From positions 1 through 56,228 of the IMG/VR virus record IMGVR_UViG_3300033076_000584: a DNA stretch of 56,228 bases. The stretch is one strand, 5' to 3'. The stretch is from a virus (Duplodnaviria; Caudoviricetes). Within the stretch, counting starts at the first letter, position 1, and the number at the start of each line of letters is the position of its first letter. Shown here piece by piece: positions 25,841-35,931 of this stretch. Under the pieces are notes generated by a model, which made no database searches, had not been told where the DNA came from, and saw only the letters and a program-made list of their open reading frames with translations. The translations under genes were made by a program, and so were the position numbers.

Positions 25841-26643
25841 TTGCCTCCTTTGGCGTAACCAATAAGCCGCCGTGCTTTTTGTTCAAAGCGCGGCCCAAAA
25901 GTGCGAATAAATTCATCTAGGGTTTCTTGCGTCGGAGAAGCGGTTAACGCAGCCCATGCAGCTTCGTTTGGCTGCACGATCTTCTCGCCGGTTTCTGGTT
26001 CGTATGAAACACCATCTTCAACAATAACAGATTTGATTGGCTTCGGCTTGTTATACGTGGCCATCAAGCGCTGAAGATCAATCGCCGTCTTGATGTCACC
26101 CTGCGCCAGTGCGGCGCGCTGCTTAGCAAGCGCCTGAAGGGCTTCCGCACGTTGTTCTTCGCCAGTACGCTTTAGCTCTCCAAACTTTTGGAGGACGGGC
26201 AGCACGTTACCCATAGTGCCGGAGAAGCCGCGCACGCTTGTCGGAGCGAAGAACGCAGAAGACAGAGCAAGAAGCTTTTCAGTCTCGCTCGGGCCATAGC
26301 GACGCTGCCTAATCTCAGCAGCAAGATCGTCGTAATACTTGCGCTGCTCAGCGGCGTTGGCAAGGATAGCCTGCGAGATCTGCTTAGGATCTGTCAGGTT
26401 CATGGCGCTCAAGCCACCAATGGAGGCATAAGCGTTAACAGCGTCATCATCAGCAGCCGCGTTGTCTGCGGCGTCTTCGTTGGCCACGTTCAGATCTTCG
26501 TCTTCCATAGGACCACCCACTTGCTGTTCTCGCGCCAAACGCTCAATAACGTCTTTCTTGGCCATCATAGCCTGTCTGACTGGCGCATAGAAAGGGCTAG
26601 TCAGAAATTCCTCTTCGCTCTTTGCGCCAAAAAGATTGCTCAT
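25837..26643 (-). CDS. Putative ejection protein
   Basis: 268 aa helical protein in the operon. Confidence 0.55.
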   Translation of the reverse strand: MSNLFGAKSEEEFLTSPFYAPVRQAMMAKKDVIERLAREQQVGGPMEDEDLNVANEDAADNAAADDDAVNAYASIGGLSAMNLTDPKQISQAILANAAEQRKYYDDLAAEIRQRRYGPSETEKLLALSSAFFAPTSVRGFSGTMGNVLPVLQKFGELKRTGEEQRAEALQALAKQRAALAQGDIKTAIDLQRLMATYNKPKPIKSVIVEDGVSYEPETGEKIVQPNEAAWAALTASPTQETLDEFIRTFGPRFEQKARRLIGYAKGGK

Positions 26644-27830
26644 CAGCCGAATACATCCTTTGCTGCCTTAATGATAGCAGCGCCACCAGTGAGCGCGCCA
26701 GCGACCTGAGATGCCGTTGAAGCCGGGTACTCAGGGCGATAGCTCGTCGGTTGGATGCCGTATTCCTGCGTCGCTGTCGGGACGCCACCAGCAACCGCAC
26801 CCATCGTCTGGGCCATCTGGCTGATCTGCTGTTGCGGGTACGCTTGACGGCGCTCCCACTCGCTCCGGGCAAAGTCGAGGTTCTGCTGAGCGAGCTGTTG
26901 CTGCTGTGCGCCAATCTGCTGCAAGGCACCGGCCCCTGCCAGTTCCTGCTGCTGACGCTGCTGAGCGAGATTGCCAAGTTGGCCCGCCGCGCTCAGAATA
27001 TTCGCCGTATCTGCGCCGTAGAGGTTGCCCATCTGCTGTCCAAGAGCACCCATTTGCTCACCAGCTCGTGCCAAAGCACCCTGCTGCTGGAAGCCCAAGC
27101 CACCGGCCGTCTGAGCCAACTGTGCCTGACGCTCAAGATCGGCCTGAGCCAAACCTGCTGCTTGACCATATCCCTGTTGCAATGCTTGCGCCTGCTGTGC
27201 GGAAATGCCCTCCATAGTGTCACGAAGGGCGCGGCCCACCAATTCAGCCTGCCGTGTGCCGCCAAACTGACCAGCAGAAATCATCTTGTCGCTAATGGCA
27301 GGCAAAAGCTGCTCTTGCAGTGTCCGTGCGCCCAGCGCCCCGATCCGGCCAATAACGGCCTCCTGATACGGGTTCATGTACTGGTTGATGTTCTGAACAG
27401 CCGTCTGGCCAGCCTGCCCCAAATAGGGCTGCGCCATGCTCAATCCAGTCGGCGTCGCGCTCTGCGCTGCATACTGTCCAGCTTGCTGCAATGCGGGCTG
27501 TGCAGCACCCAAGGAGGAACGACCGAATACGTTCTGCGTTTGCTGAGACGCCTGACCCAATTCAGGGCGGAAGGTAAACGCACCCTCACGGGTCGCCTGA
27601 AAGCCCTTCTGCTGATCGGGGGCAAAGTCAGCAAAGCGCGGGATCGCCTTACCAGAGGCATCGACGTACTCTTGGAAGGGTCGTGCCGCCACAGCTTGCT
27701 GGTTAGCCAAAACGTCCATGGCATAGTTGGAATACCACTCAGGCAGGATCGTCTGCTTGGTAATGTCCGTCAGCGCAGAACCGGCAGGAATATCTTGCCC
27801 TTCAGCCATGAATGAGGTGGTGTCAGCCAT
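26643..27830 (-). CDS. Putative DNA-ejection/pilot protein (Gln/Ala/Gly-rich)
   Basis: YMNPY...GQFGGTRQ...L..IGAQQQ pattern. Confidence 0.65.
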   Translation of the reverse strand: MADTTSFMAEGQDIPAGSALTDITKQTILPEWYSNYAMDVLANQQAVAARPFQEYVDASGKAIPRFADFAPDQQKGFQATREGAFTFRPELGQASQQTQNVFGRSSLGAAQPALQQAGQYAAQSATPTGLSMAQPYLGQAGQTAVQNINQYMNPYQEAVIGRIGALGARTLQEQLLPAISDKMISAGQFGGTRQAELVGRALRDTMEGISAQQAQALQQGYGQAAGLAQADLERQAQLAQTAGGLGFQQQGALARAGEQMGALGQQMGNLYGADTANILSAAGQLGNLAQQRQQQELAGAGALQQIGAQQQQLAQQNLDFARSEWERRQAYPQQQISQMAQTMGAVAGGVPTATQEYGIQPTSYRPEYPASTASQVAGALTGGAAIIKAAKDVFG

Positions 27831-30004
27831 TAGATACGTCCTCCAGACATGTACGCTTCAGGGTGTTTTGCGTTCACGCTGAACTTACCCTTTGCCAAGT
27901 TCTTGCCCTTATGTTTGCGGACTTTCACCCGCATTTCATCAAGTTTCTTTGCGCCAGCCTTAGAGGAACCATCCCCAAGGAGAGCGACCGTTTCGGCGTC
28001 AATAACATACTCGCCATCAGAAAGCACCGCCGGAATGTCATCCGAACGACCAGTGCCGGGCCCTTCAACCGCAAAGCTTTCACGAGACGACCCGCGCGAA
28101 TATCCCATATCCCCGCCATGAGACATCCCAACAGGCTGTTGGGGGATGCCACTGACAGCGCGATACGTTTCTTCACCCAGTGTCCCGGGGCCATAACCAG
28201 CATAAGGCGACGTAGCCCGGCTCAGATCTGCACCAGCCGGAATGTCCATGGCCTGCCCCATGCCATAACGATACCAGTCAGTGACGGGACGTGCAGCCAA
28301 CGTGCGATCAGCAGCAGTGCCGCCAAGGCCACCAACGGTGAAGGCCCCGCCCTGACCGGGCGTTGGAAGCTTGGCAGAAAATGCTGGATTAAGCCGCCCT
28401 GTCGATGAGTATTTACCAGCAGAGCCGCCACCCTTGCTGCCACCGCCAAAAATGTTTCCAGCCAGACCAACGCCCAAGCCAGCAAGTTTGAGGTAATCCG
28501 CGATCTTGTCAATCGTGCTCTTCTCAACAGGCTTATTCGGATCTTCAGTAAATGCGGGATTGGTCTGCTGAAGAACAACATCTGTTACGCTTGGGAGCAT
28601 AAACGGCGTGTCTTTAGCAGTTACGACAATCTCATCTTGCCCCGTCTCTGCATTTTTCTTTGTAACCGGCTGTGTATCAGGCGGTGTGTAAGTTGGATAC
28701 TTGCCTGCAATTGCAACCTGCAAAGGAGATGTGGGAAGGTTGATAGGAGTGCGATTACCCGTGACAATGATCTCTTCATTATCAGCAAAATTCTCTTGCT
28801 CATCAACAGGCCGCGTGTCGCGCACGTTCTCGCCGCCGCTATACTGAACGTTTCCAAACAGATTGTTTGTTGGCGGGACGAAGGGAAGTTTACCTGTCTG
28901 AGCGGTGACAACGGTTTCAGGAAGCTGATCAATCCCGGCAACCTGATCGTTAATCAAGTTGCGATTTGAGTATTTTGCAGCCGAATTAGCAACCGATGGA
29001 ATGGTGCTCAAGGCACTCGAAACCACAGGAGCCGCCAAATTGCGAATACCCGTGACGACAATGTCACCCGCCGCCGGAATTGCCGATGTGACGGCGTTTG
29101 TGACAGGAGCCGTGGCACCAGCGCTTGCGCCCGATGTCGGAGCAAGGAATTTACTAACGCCAGAGGCATCCAAAGCGCCAGCCGTAAGACCAGAAATGGC
29201 AGCAGACTTAGCAATGTCGCCAATTGACCTGCCTTGCAATGCTCCCGACAGCGCCGTGCCGCCACCTGCGGCAACCCCTGCTGCAAGTGCACTGCTACCC
29301 AACGCCTTTGCAAGCCCAAGTGGTCCAATCGCTGCGCCCGCAATCATCGGCAATGAGATGTCCAAGAACGTCCCAAAACCGCTTTTCTCAGGCTTATGCT
29401 CAGTGATTGTCTGCCAATCACCGCCCGGAGACGCGCCTTGAAGGATGAAGTTAGCCTTCTTGCCCTCTTGGCCAAACATGCCAGCGGCAGCCTTGGCGGC
29501 AAGAGATCCACCCTCATAGCCCATGCCAGAGGCAACAACTTCGCCAGTGTCGCGGTTGATTAAGCGCACTTCCTGATCTGGCCGAACGGCAAAGCGGCCA
29601 ATGTCCCACGCCTTTTCTCCCGTCGGATCACCAAACGAGGCGGCAAACTGGTTTTCAAAGTCAGGCTTTGCAGCCAGCGCCATAAGCTCTTCGTTAGTCA
29701 GGGGACGTGCAGCGCCTGTCTGACGGTCGGTTACCGAAAAACCATAAGGCGACACCTCATAGGGGCCGCCCTGCGTTTTTGAGAGGTACTCATCAACCCT
29801 GTTAAGATAGGCCTGCGCCTCGGGAGAATAATCAAAACTCTCAGCAGTCAGATCCTCGAGATCCGGTGACAACTCACCCTTTGCGCCAAATGCTGCAAGA
29901 CGCGCCTTGTTCACGTAATCTTGGGGCTTGTTGTACATCCCCCGAGAATAGGTCAGTTCCGGGTTCTGGACGCTTATAGCAAAGGGATTTTCCGGGGCTG
30001 CCAT
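27830..30004 (-). CDS. Internal virion protein
   Basis: C-terminal GPGTGRSDDIPAVLSDGEYVIDAETVALLGDGSS domain; internal ExIVVT(G/A) repeats. Confidence 0.65.
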   Translation of the reverse strand: MAAPENPFAISVQNPELTYSRGMYNKPQDYVNKARLAAFGAKGELSPDLEDLTAESFDYSPEAQAYLNRVDEYLSKTQGGPYEVSPYGFSVTDRQTGAARPLTNEELMALAAKPDFENQFAASFGDPTGEKAWDIGRFAVRPDQEVRLINRDTGEVVASGMGYEGGSLAAKAAAGMFGQEGKKANFILQGASPGGDWQTITEHKPEKSGFGTFLDISLPMIAGAAIGPLGLAKALGSSALAAGVAAGGGTALSGALQGRSIGDIAKSAAISGLTAGALDASGVSKFLAPTSGASAGATAPVTNAVTSAIPAAGDIVVTGIRNLAAPVVSSALSTIPSVANSAAKYSNRNLINDQVAGIDQLPETVVTAQTGKLPFVPPTNNLFGNVQYSGGENVRDTRPVDEQENFADNEEIIVTGNRTPINLPTSPLQVAIAGKYPTYTPPDTQPVTKKNAETGQDEIVVTAKDTPFMLPSVTDVVLQQTNPAFTEDPNKPVEKSTIDKIADYLKLAGLGVGLAGNIFGGGSKGGGSAGKYSSTGRLNPAFSAKLPTPGQGGAFTVGGLGGTAADRTLAARPVTDWYRYGMGQAMDIPAGADLSRATSPYAGYGPGTLGEETYRAVSGIPQQPVGMSHGGDMGYSRGSSRESFAVEGPGTGRSDDIPAVLSDGEYVIDAETVALLGDGSSKAGAKKLDEMRVKVRKHKGKNLAKGKFSVNAKHPEAYMSGGRI

Positions 30005-30237
30005 TAACCGTTTCCTTCAAGCATCGGGTAAGCTCTCATTGCCCATTCCCGCCAATCATCAAATTGATAAGGGTTTGGCGGGTTGCGCTGCACAAAAGGT
30101 TGCGCGCGTACAAACCCAGCGGCCCAGTCTTGCCATTGCGCCTCGTCCTCTAGTTTCCCAAAAGACCAAGCATCTCCGTTGGACAATATAACACTATCCG
30201 CCCAGTCTCGTAAAGTCAGTCCGCGCGGATCTATCAT
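30004..30237 (-). CDS. Trp-rich conserved hypothetical virion-module protein
   Basis: DPRG....WA...WQDWA...P.PY.FDDWREWA. Confidence 0.65.
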   Translation of the reverse strand: MIDPRGLTLRDWADSVILSNGDAWSFGKLEDEAQWQDWAAGFVRAQPFVQRNPPNPYQFDDWREWAMRAYPMLEGNG

Positions 30238-31865
30238 TAGCCGATCACCGTGCCATCACCCGGCTGCGTATGCGCCAAGATCAGACCCATCTGATAGTCG
30301 CCACCCACCGTGTTACTTTCGAAGCGGAAACGTAGCTCACGGCGCTGCGTCTTAAAGTAAATGACCTGATCCTGCGGGGTTGGCGGTGTCTCGTAAATGG
30401 TCATCGGCTCGCCGTTAACCTCAGGCGCTCGAGCGTTGGCGCGGCCCATGACTTGCACCGTCATGTCACCAGACTGCACAAAGTCAGGCTCTAACATCAG
30501 CACCTGAATAGCCTTGTTGGTCTGAGCCGACACCGGCAGCGACAGGTCTGCCGTCTCGAAGTACGACTGGATCGGCTGTATACTCTGGCCGTCAATTGCG
30601 TCAGTGCCCACCTCATGCACCCAGAGACGATATTGTGGATCGTCACTTTCTTGAGTGATGCGATCAAAGCCTGCCTCAGTGATGCGAACGTCGCCAGCCT
30701 GCGTGACGCGCGTATCCGTCGGCGTCAGGTTAGGCTCAACACCCGTCATGAGCGGCTTACGGAATACCGTCGGGAACGTGCCAGCACCGCGACCACCTTC
30801 TGGCAAAGGCGTGTCGTACCAAGTGTTTTCACGCACGTTGTAGATGACAGCATGGTTCGGCTCGGTTGATGTGCCCTTGGGGAAACACCACCAGATTTCA
30901 CCGAAGCGCGGCACCTTGATGGCAAACACCTTCTGCCGATACGCATAATTGAGGTTATCGAAGAAGAAGTTCTGGTTCATCTGGTTCTCGACCTCGCGCA
31001 CGACGCCGTTGAACATCAGAAAGCGGTCAGAACCCACCCAGAAGAAGATCCCGTCATACTCAATCACGCTGTTGGCGCTCATGATCGAGGTCTGAGTGCT
31101 GATCGTGTCAAACTGGAAAACAGCATCGCCGCCCACAAAAGAGGCGCGCAGGAGGCTGTCAGCCGACCACAGAAGGCCAGACGGCGAGTTGCCCGGGCCA
31201 CCGCGCAGGGGCATCCCCTTGACGAGTTTCTGGCCGGTAATGTTTGCAGCGCCCGACCCAGCCCCCGTAAAGTCAGACGGATCGCCCGGCGTTGACCACG
31301 CAACATAGCCGTCGTTGCCGAAGATGAAGGTGTACGGATGCAAGGCAACTACGCCACCCGTCAGACTGTAACCTGTTGGAAGGTTGGTTACCTCAGTCAG
31401 CGGTGCAGTGCCGAACAGATCGCCAATGAAAAGCTGGCCGCCGTTGCTGTTGCAGATGCAATTCAGGTTCGGAGCCACTTGGGCAAGGATTTTGTTCGTG
31501 AAGTTGCCCAGCAGATCCGTCGCCGTCTCAACGTCAAACTGCCACATATTAGCATCGCTCTCCACGAGCGTGCCCGGCGTGCGGTCATAGATGATGGACG
31601 TGTTGTACGTGCCATCCATGTAGAGGCGCTCCACAAGGTTTGCTGAGCCTGCATGGATGTAGGTTAGCTGGTCCGACGTGTAAGCATGCAAAGCACGAGG
31701 GATGCCGCGTAGATACTTGTTCGCAGAGCGATAGCCCCAGATCTTACGCGGCAAGCCACGCTGGAAGCGCACCCAGCTACCATCAACGTACTGGTCGCCT
31801 TCAAACTTGGTGCCGTCACGCTTGATGCCGGGCGCTGATCTGATCTGTACGACGTTATCTGCCAT
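30237..31865 (-). CDS. Tail nozzle / packaged-DNA stabilisation protein (P22 gp10-like)
   Basis: PGIKRDGT....YVDG.WVRFQRG.PRK; FGEIWW.FP...VIYN.RE..WY; beta-rich 542 aa. Confidence 0.75.
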   Translation of the reverse strand: MADNVVQIRSAPGIKRDGTKFEGDQYVDGSWVRFQRGLPRKIWGYRSANKYLRGIPRALHAYTSDQLTYIHAGSANLVERLYMDGTYNTSIIYDRTPGTLVESDANMWQFDVETATDLLGNFTNKILAQVAPNLNCICNSNGGQLFIGDLFGTAPLTEVTNLPTGYSLTGGVVALHPYTFIFGNDGYVAWSTPGDPSDFTGAGSGAANITGQKLVKGMPLRGGPGNSPSGLLWSADSLLRASFVGGDAVFQFDTISTQTSIMSANSVIEYDGIFFWVGSDRFLMFNGVVREVENQMNQNFFFDNLNYAYRQKVFAIKVPRFGEIWWCFPKGTSTEPNHAVIYNVRENTWYDTPLPEGGRGAGTFPTVFRKPLMTGVEPNLTPTDTRVTQAGDVRITEAGFDRITQESDDPQYRLWVHEVGTDAIDGQSIQPIQSYFETADLSLPVSAQTNKAIQVLMLEPDFVQSGDMTVQVMGRANARAPEVNGEPMTIYETPPTPQDQVIYFKTQRRELRFRFESNTVGGDYQMGLILAHTQPGDGTVIG

Positions 31866-31874
31866 AGCCCTGCC

Positions 31875-32594
31875 TTATGCGTAATACTGGATGACTACAG
31901 AACCACCGGAAGCAACGGTGATCGGGTAACTGTTGCCGGGGGTAACTGCCACGTTGTTGTATGTGACAGACGTGGCCGGAATACCACTGGCGTTGGGGTA
32001 CGAACCCACCTGAGATGCGCCGGGGAACGAATAGCCGAACGCAGTAGTAGTGCCGCCGGGGCCGCCGGGGAAGATAACTTCACCTACTGCGGCATACCCA
32101 AAGCTGCCGGGGTATCCCAAGCTACCGGAAAGCGGACTGCCTGCAAGACCCCAAGTGCCAGCCACAAGGTAATATGGGAACGTACCAGAGCCCCACGGAT
32201 TACTGTCGGTCCACGAGAACGTATTGTTGGAGTAGAAGGTAAAATCCCGGTCAAACGCATGGACGGCACTTTGGTAACCGCCCGCGTTATAGATACTAGC
32301 GCAGATATTGGCCGTGTTGTACGCAGCCGCTGCGCTAATCGGAAGATTGTTAGCGCCCGAACCAGAAACAGAGTTGCCTACGTTGACACTCGCTACGCTA
32401 ATGCCACCCGGCGCGTCATCCGAGCTAGGGCCGCCCGCCCCGATAACAGCCACAAGATTAGTAACACCAGCAGGCGCAACCCACGTGGTGCTGCTCGTAA
32501 AGGTCACAGTCTGCAAAGACCCCGCGCCCGACGACGCCTGACTAAACCCGTAGCCCCTTGCGCTTGCCGCACCCCGTGTAATGATTGTCGGCAT
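31875..32594 (-). CDS. Glycine-rich tail-associated protein
   Basis: TFTSSTTWVAPAGVT...VTPGNSYPITV, shared with 45504..47839. Confidence 0.65.
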   Translation of the reverse strand: MPTIITRGAASARGYGFSQASSGAGSLQTVTFTSSTTWVAPAGVTNLVAVIGAGGPSSDDAPGGISVASVNVGNSVSGSGANNLPISAAAAYNTANICASIYNAGGYQSAVHAFDRDFTFYSNNTFSWTDSNPWGSGTFPYYLVAGTWGLAGSPLSGSLGYPGSFGYAAVGEVIFPGGPGGTTTAFGYSFPGASQVGSYPNASGIPATSVTYNNVAVTPGNSYPITVASGGSVVIQYYA

Positions 32595-32605
32595 TAGGCG
32601 GCTCC

Positions 32606-34462
32606 TTAGTATTTGGTCTGAGAGGCCAAAACCGTGAACGTGGCGCTACCCGTCTTAATGATCGTGTAGGTGTAAACGTCAATGCTGTTAGTATTACCAG
32701 ACGACGGCGCGACACCACCCTGCCAGCGCGTCGTGACGCCACTTGTGGTGCCATCGACCTGCACAACGTTGTTGTAGTACGCTGTACTGCCATTAGTGGC
32801 GAGGAAGGCAACCGTGATCGCTTGGCCCGTGCTAAGCAACGTGTTGAGCGATGCGCTTCCGTTGCCGCGCAGGTTGATTGTCCAGTTACCAGTCGCACTT
32901 GTCGTGTAGTAGACGACGGACTGGGTCGTAATATCAAACGCAATCGTGCCAGACGCCGCGTTTGTGCTGATAGTGGCGGTCTCAGCAATGTTATTGAACA
33001 CCGCAGCAAGATTTGTCGTGCCGCCGCTAAACGTCTGCCGACCAGTGAAGGTGTTATTTACAGACGGATCGAAGCCCGACGCGGCATTGGTGATTGTAAT
33101 GCCACCCGCAGAGTTTGTGACGGTAATACCAGCGCCAGCAGTGATCGTGCTCAAGGTGTAGCCGCTGCCGTTACCGATCAGAAGCTGGCCGTTCGTCGGC
33201 GCAGTGCCGGTGCCCGTACCGCCCTGAGCGCGCGACAGGGGCGTCGTGAGGCCAGACAGGGACGTAATGTCGCTGTTTGCCCCAGAAGCAGCCGCAGACA
33301 TTGCAGAACGCGCCGCAGAAGCGGAAGCGGCGGTAAACAGGCTGATACCCGTTGCGGTACCGCCGAGATTGATCAGAGCGCCGCCAGATGTGGTCGATCC
33401 TGTACCGCCCTGCACAACCGACAGAGGCACAGCGAGACCAGCAGTAGACGCGTCAACGACATCAGTGCCGTCCGAATACAAAATGGCGCGAGCGCCCTGC
33501 ACGATGGGGACACCCGTGACCTGCGTCGTGGTGCGGACGCTAAAGTCGAAGGTGCCAGTCGTCTGGTTCGACACCCAATACTGCTGCGTCGTGTTCGGAA
33601 CCACAATTTCCATGTTCGCAAGCAACGTGCCGACGAAGCGATAGGCGATGCGGTTGAGCTCTGAACCAGAGAGAGTGTAGGGGCTCGTCTGGCCAGTCAG
33701 GTCGATAGACGTATAGTCGAACGCAAACACCGCGTTTTGGCCGAAGCCAACAGTGTACCACGTAATTCCATCGGTCATGATGGTGCAGCTATCGTCAATC
33801 GCAAGCGTTAGCGTGCTGCTGCCATTGATTGTTTCACCACCAGACGGGTCAACCGTAAGGTCGCCAGTGCCGCTATTGCGGATGTTGACGTACCAGCCGT
33901 TGGTCAGGCCAGCCGCAGCAGGAAGACTGACGGTCCCCAGCGCGCCAGTCCACACGTAAGTTGCGCCGCGATCCGTCGCGCCAAGGGTGAAGCTGCTGTT
34001 AAATTCCGTGACAGGCGTGTTGGTTGAGAGCGTGGAGCCAGTAGCGGTCAGGCCATAACCCGCCAAAGCAGAAGCCTGTGCCTGCGCCGTTGACGCGCCC
34101 ATCTGATAGGTGCGCCATGTACCGGCAGCCGTCGCGTTGCTGGTCAGATAGACTTGCCACTGCTGCCCCTGCGGAATTGACGCAATCGTCCCGCCAATGT
34201 TGTTCTTAATCGTAATCGTGCTGGGGCCGAGGTTGTTGAACAACACCGTCTGGCCGGTTGCCGTCTCGTCGGCAGGCGGCATGATGATCGAATAAGCACC
34301 CGTAGGCGTAACGTCGATGATGCGCGCAACAGGCGTGAAAAGCGTGCCACTCTCGAGCGGCCACTCGAGCTCAGTGTCAGCCGTTAGCGGCAGCGCCAGA
34401 TAGGATACGTCGGACGGATAGATCGTCGATCCGCCGAAGACCTGTGTATAGGTGTTGGTCAT
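32606..34462 (-). CDS. Tail fibre/baseplate-like structural protein
   Basis: 618 aa T/G/S-rich; QGGTG repeats, SGANSDITSLSGLTTPLS fibre motif, C-terminal DVYTYTIIKT. Confidence 0.75.
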   Translation of the reverse strand: MTNTYTQVFGGSTIYPSDVSYLALPLTADTELEWPLESGTLFTPVARIIDVTPTGAYSIIMPPADETATGQTVLFNNLGPSTITIKNNIGGTIASIPQGQQWQVYLTSNATAAGTWRTYQMGASTAQAQASALAGYGLTATGSTLSTNTPVTEFNSSFTLGATDRGATYVWTGALGTVSLPAAAGLTNGWYVNIRNSGTGDLTVDPSGGETINGSSTLTLAIDDSCTIMTDGITWYTVGFGQNAVFAFDYTSIDLTGQTSPYTLSGSELNRIAYRFVGTLLANMEIVVPNTTQQYWVSNQTTGTFDFSVRTTTQVTGVPIVQGARAILYSDGTDVVDASTAGLAVPLSVVQGGTGSTTSGGALINLGGTATGISLFTAASASAARSAMSAAASGANSDITSLSGLTTPLSRAQGGTGTGTAPTNGQLLIGNGSGYTLSTITAGAGITVTNSAGGITITNAASGFDPSVNNTFTGRQTFSGGTTNLAAVFNNIAETATISTNAASGTIAFDITTQSVVYYTTSATGNWTINLRGNGSASLNTLLSTGQAITVAFLATNGSTAYYNNVVQVDGTTSGVTTRWQGGVAPSSGNTNSIDVYTYTIIKTGSATFTVLASQTKY

Positions 34463-35115
34463 TAGGCCTCCTTACGAACCGCCGAGCGGTCGAGTATCTT
34501 GGCGAGATCTTCGCCGTTAAGCATTGCGGCAGATCGGTCGTACATGTTCTGCCAAACAGAAATGCGCTCATCGTTCTTCAGGAACGGCGTTGCCTCAAGC
34601 AGCGTGCCGTACAGCAAAAGCTGTGGCGCATAGTCAGTGAGCCAGTTGGTCTGGATCTCATCATCCAGAAGCGGCGGCAGTTCGTAATACAGGATCTCGA
34701 ACGGATATGAGTTGTCAGGCGTTGGCGTGATCAGCCAGTGGTTATAGTCGTAATCGCTGTAGAAGACGGGCTCAGATGTTTGTGAGCGATCTGGCCAGTA
34801 GCTGACTGCATACTCATAACCGCGAGTGAAAAGCACCTTACGCGTGTCGAACGAAACCCCGGTGCCGATGTTAACCGAAACGGTGTCACGCCAGCGATCA
34901 GGCTTGCTGTACACAGACTGGCCGTTGACCAGCGTACCCGTAACGACGTTGATAAACCCTTGGACCTTCAACTCACGAGCGATGCGCCGCTCTGCAAGGT
35001 TGATCAGGCGTGGGATCTGTTCGTAAACAACAGGGTCAGACGCATAAGACGACCCGCGCTCCAGATAGCGCCGGACGTCTTGCTGAAGCGTCGTGAAGGT
35101 CATCGTCTGTGCCAT
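34462..35115 (-). CDS. Head-tail adaptor protein
   Basis: IPRLINLAERRI.RELK...PTPD..Y..EILYY...NWLT..AP.LLLYGTLLEA..FLK. Confidence 0.7.
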   Translation of the reverse strand: MAQTMTFTTLQQDVRRYLERGSSYASDPVVYEQIPRLINLAERRIARELKVQGFINVVTGTLVNGQSVYSKPDRWRDTVSVNIGTGVSFDTRKVLFTRGYEYAVSYWPDRSQTSEPVFYSDYDYNHWLITPTPDNSYPFEILYYELPPLLDDEIQTNWLTDYAPQLLLYGTLLEATPFLKNDERISVWQNMYDRSAAMLNGEDLAKILDRSAVRKEA

Positions 35116-35153
35116 CGGCGTGTCCTACAGCATTTTGTGGCAAAAAGCCACGG

Positions 35154-35309
35154 TCAGGAGAGGTACTCAAATACAAGGGCGGCGATGCCGACAACAAGGG
35201 CGGTAAGGGTCATTTTACCCTTAGAGACACCCTTTTCACCACCAATCGGAAGCGTCTTGCCGATCACAGCCTTGGCGGCTTCTTTCTTGAGAAGGTTCTT
35301 GATGTTCAT
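35154..35309 (-). CDS. Small membrane protein (51 aa) downstream of the endolysin
   Basis: Start MNIKNLLK; basic N-terminus and one C-terminal TM helix. Confidence 0.55.
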   Translation of the reverse strand: MNIKNLLKKEAAKAVIGKTLPIGGEKGVSKGKMTLTALVVGIAALVFEYLS

Positions 35310-35319
35310 GTTGATCTCC

Positions 35320-35931
35320 TTAGAGCCAAGTAGCGTACTTCTTGGTCTTTGCTTTACGGTCATCCAGACCATGGGTGCCGCCATTAATGCGCTTTGTTAG
35401 AGCCAAAATGGCAGCGTCGTTGATACCCTGATCGCAGATGCCCCACAGCTTGTTGCGGTCGAAGAACCACAGCGCGCTCTCAAAGCACAGCTCACCAGCC
35501 ACGAGATCCGGGTTAGTCATGACATCTGGGCGACCGATATAGTCGGCAAACGCTTGATAATTCGACTTGCCGGTCAACTGGAGGGCACCCCGACCACGGA
35601 ATTTCCAGCCATCGCCAGAAGCCTCATCGCCGTTGCCCATACGGTTGGCATAGACGCGGTTGGCAATCTTCTGCGGCTGGCGCTCATAAGCGCGAGCAAG
35701 TGCATCTGTCGGGAAATACTTGCCGAAGATGCCGCGCAGACCCTTTGCGCCGTAGTTTAGGTTCTCGGAGAACGCTTTAAAGTTCCCGCTTTCATGCGCA
35801 GTTTGAGCAAAGAAATGCGCAGCGCGATTAGGTGATAGCTTATAGTAAGCGGCAGCCGCTTTAAGCGTGCCCGGACCAAACGCACCATCTGCCGTTACTC
35901 CGATCTTTTGCTGAAGGTTTACAAGGCTCAT
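35320..35931 (-). CDS. Endolysin, glycoside hydrolase family 19, with a short N-terminal PG-binding-like motif
   Basis: AHFFAQTAHESG, ENLNY, DGWKFRGRGALQLTGKSNY, TKRINGG..GLDDR; LQ..IGV.ADG.FGPGT. Confidence 0.93.
   Translation of the reverse strand: MSLVNLQQKIGVTADGAFGPGTLKAAAAYYKLSPNRAAHFFAQTAHESGNFKAFSENLNYGAKGLRGIFGKYFPTDALARAYERQPQKIANRVYANRMGNGDEASGDGWKFRGRGALQLTGKSNYQAFADYIGRPDVMTNPDLVAGELCFESALWFFDRNKLWGICDQGINDAAILALTKRINGGTHGLDDRKAKTKKYATWL

Noticed and set aside
25148-26643. C-terminal RRGGK and YAKGGK as members of the GG motif family
   Set aside because: The GG codons (GGA GGT / GGA GGC) are the SD of the overlapping next gene, so they have a simpler explanation; YMSGGRI at 27830 and EKGGL at 22788 were also not counted
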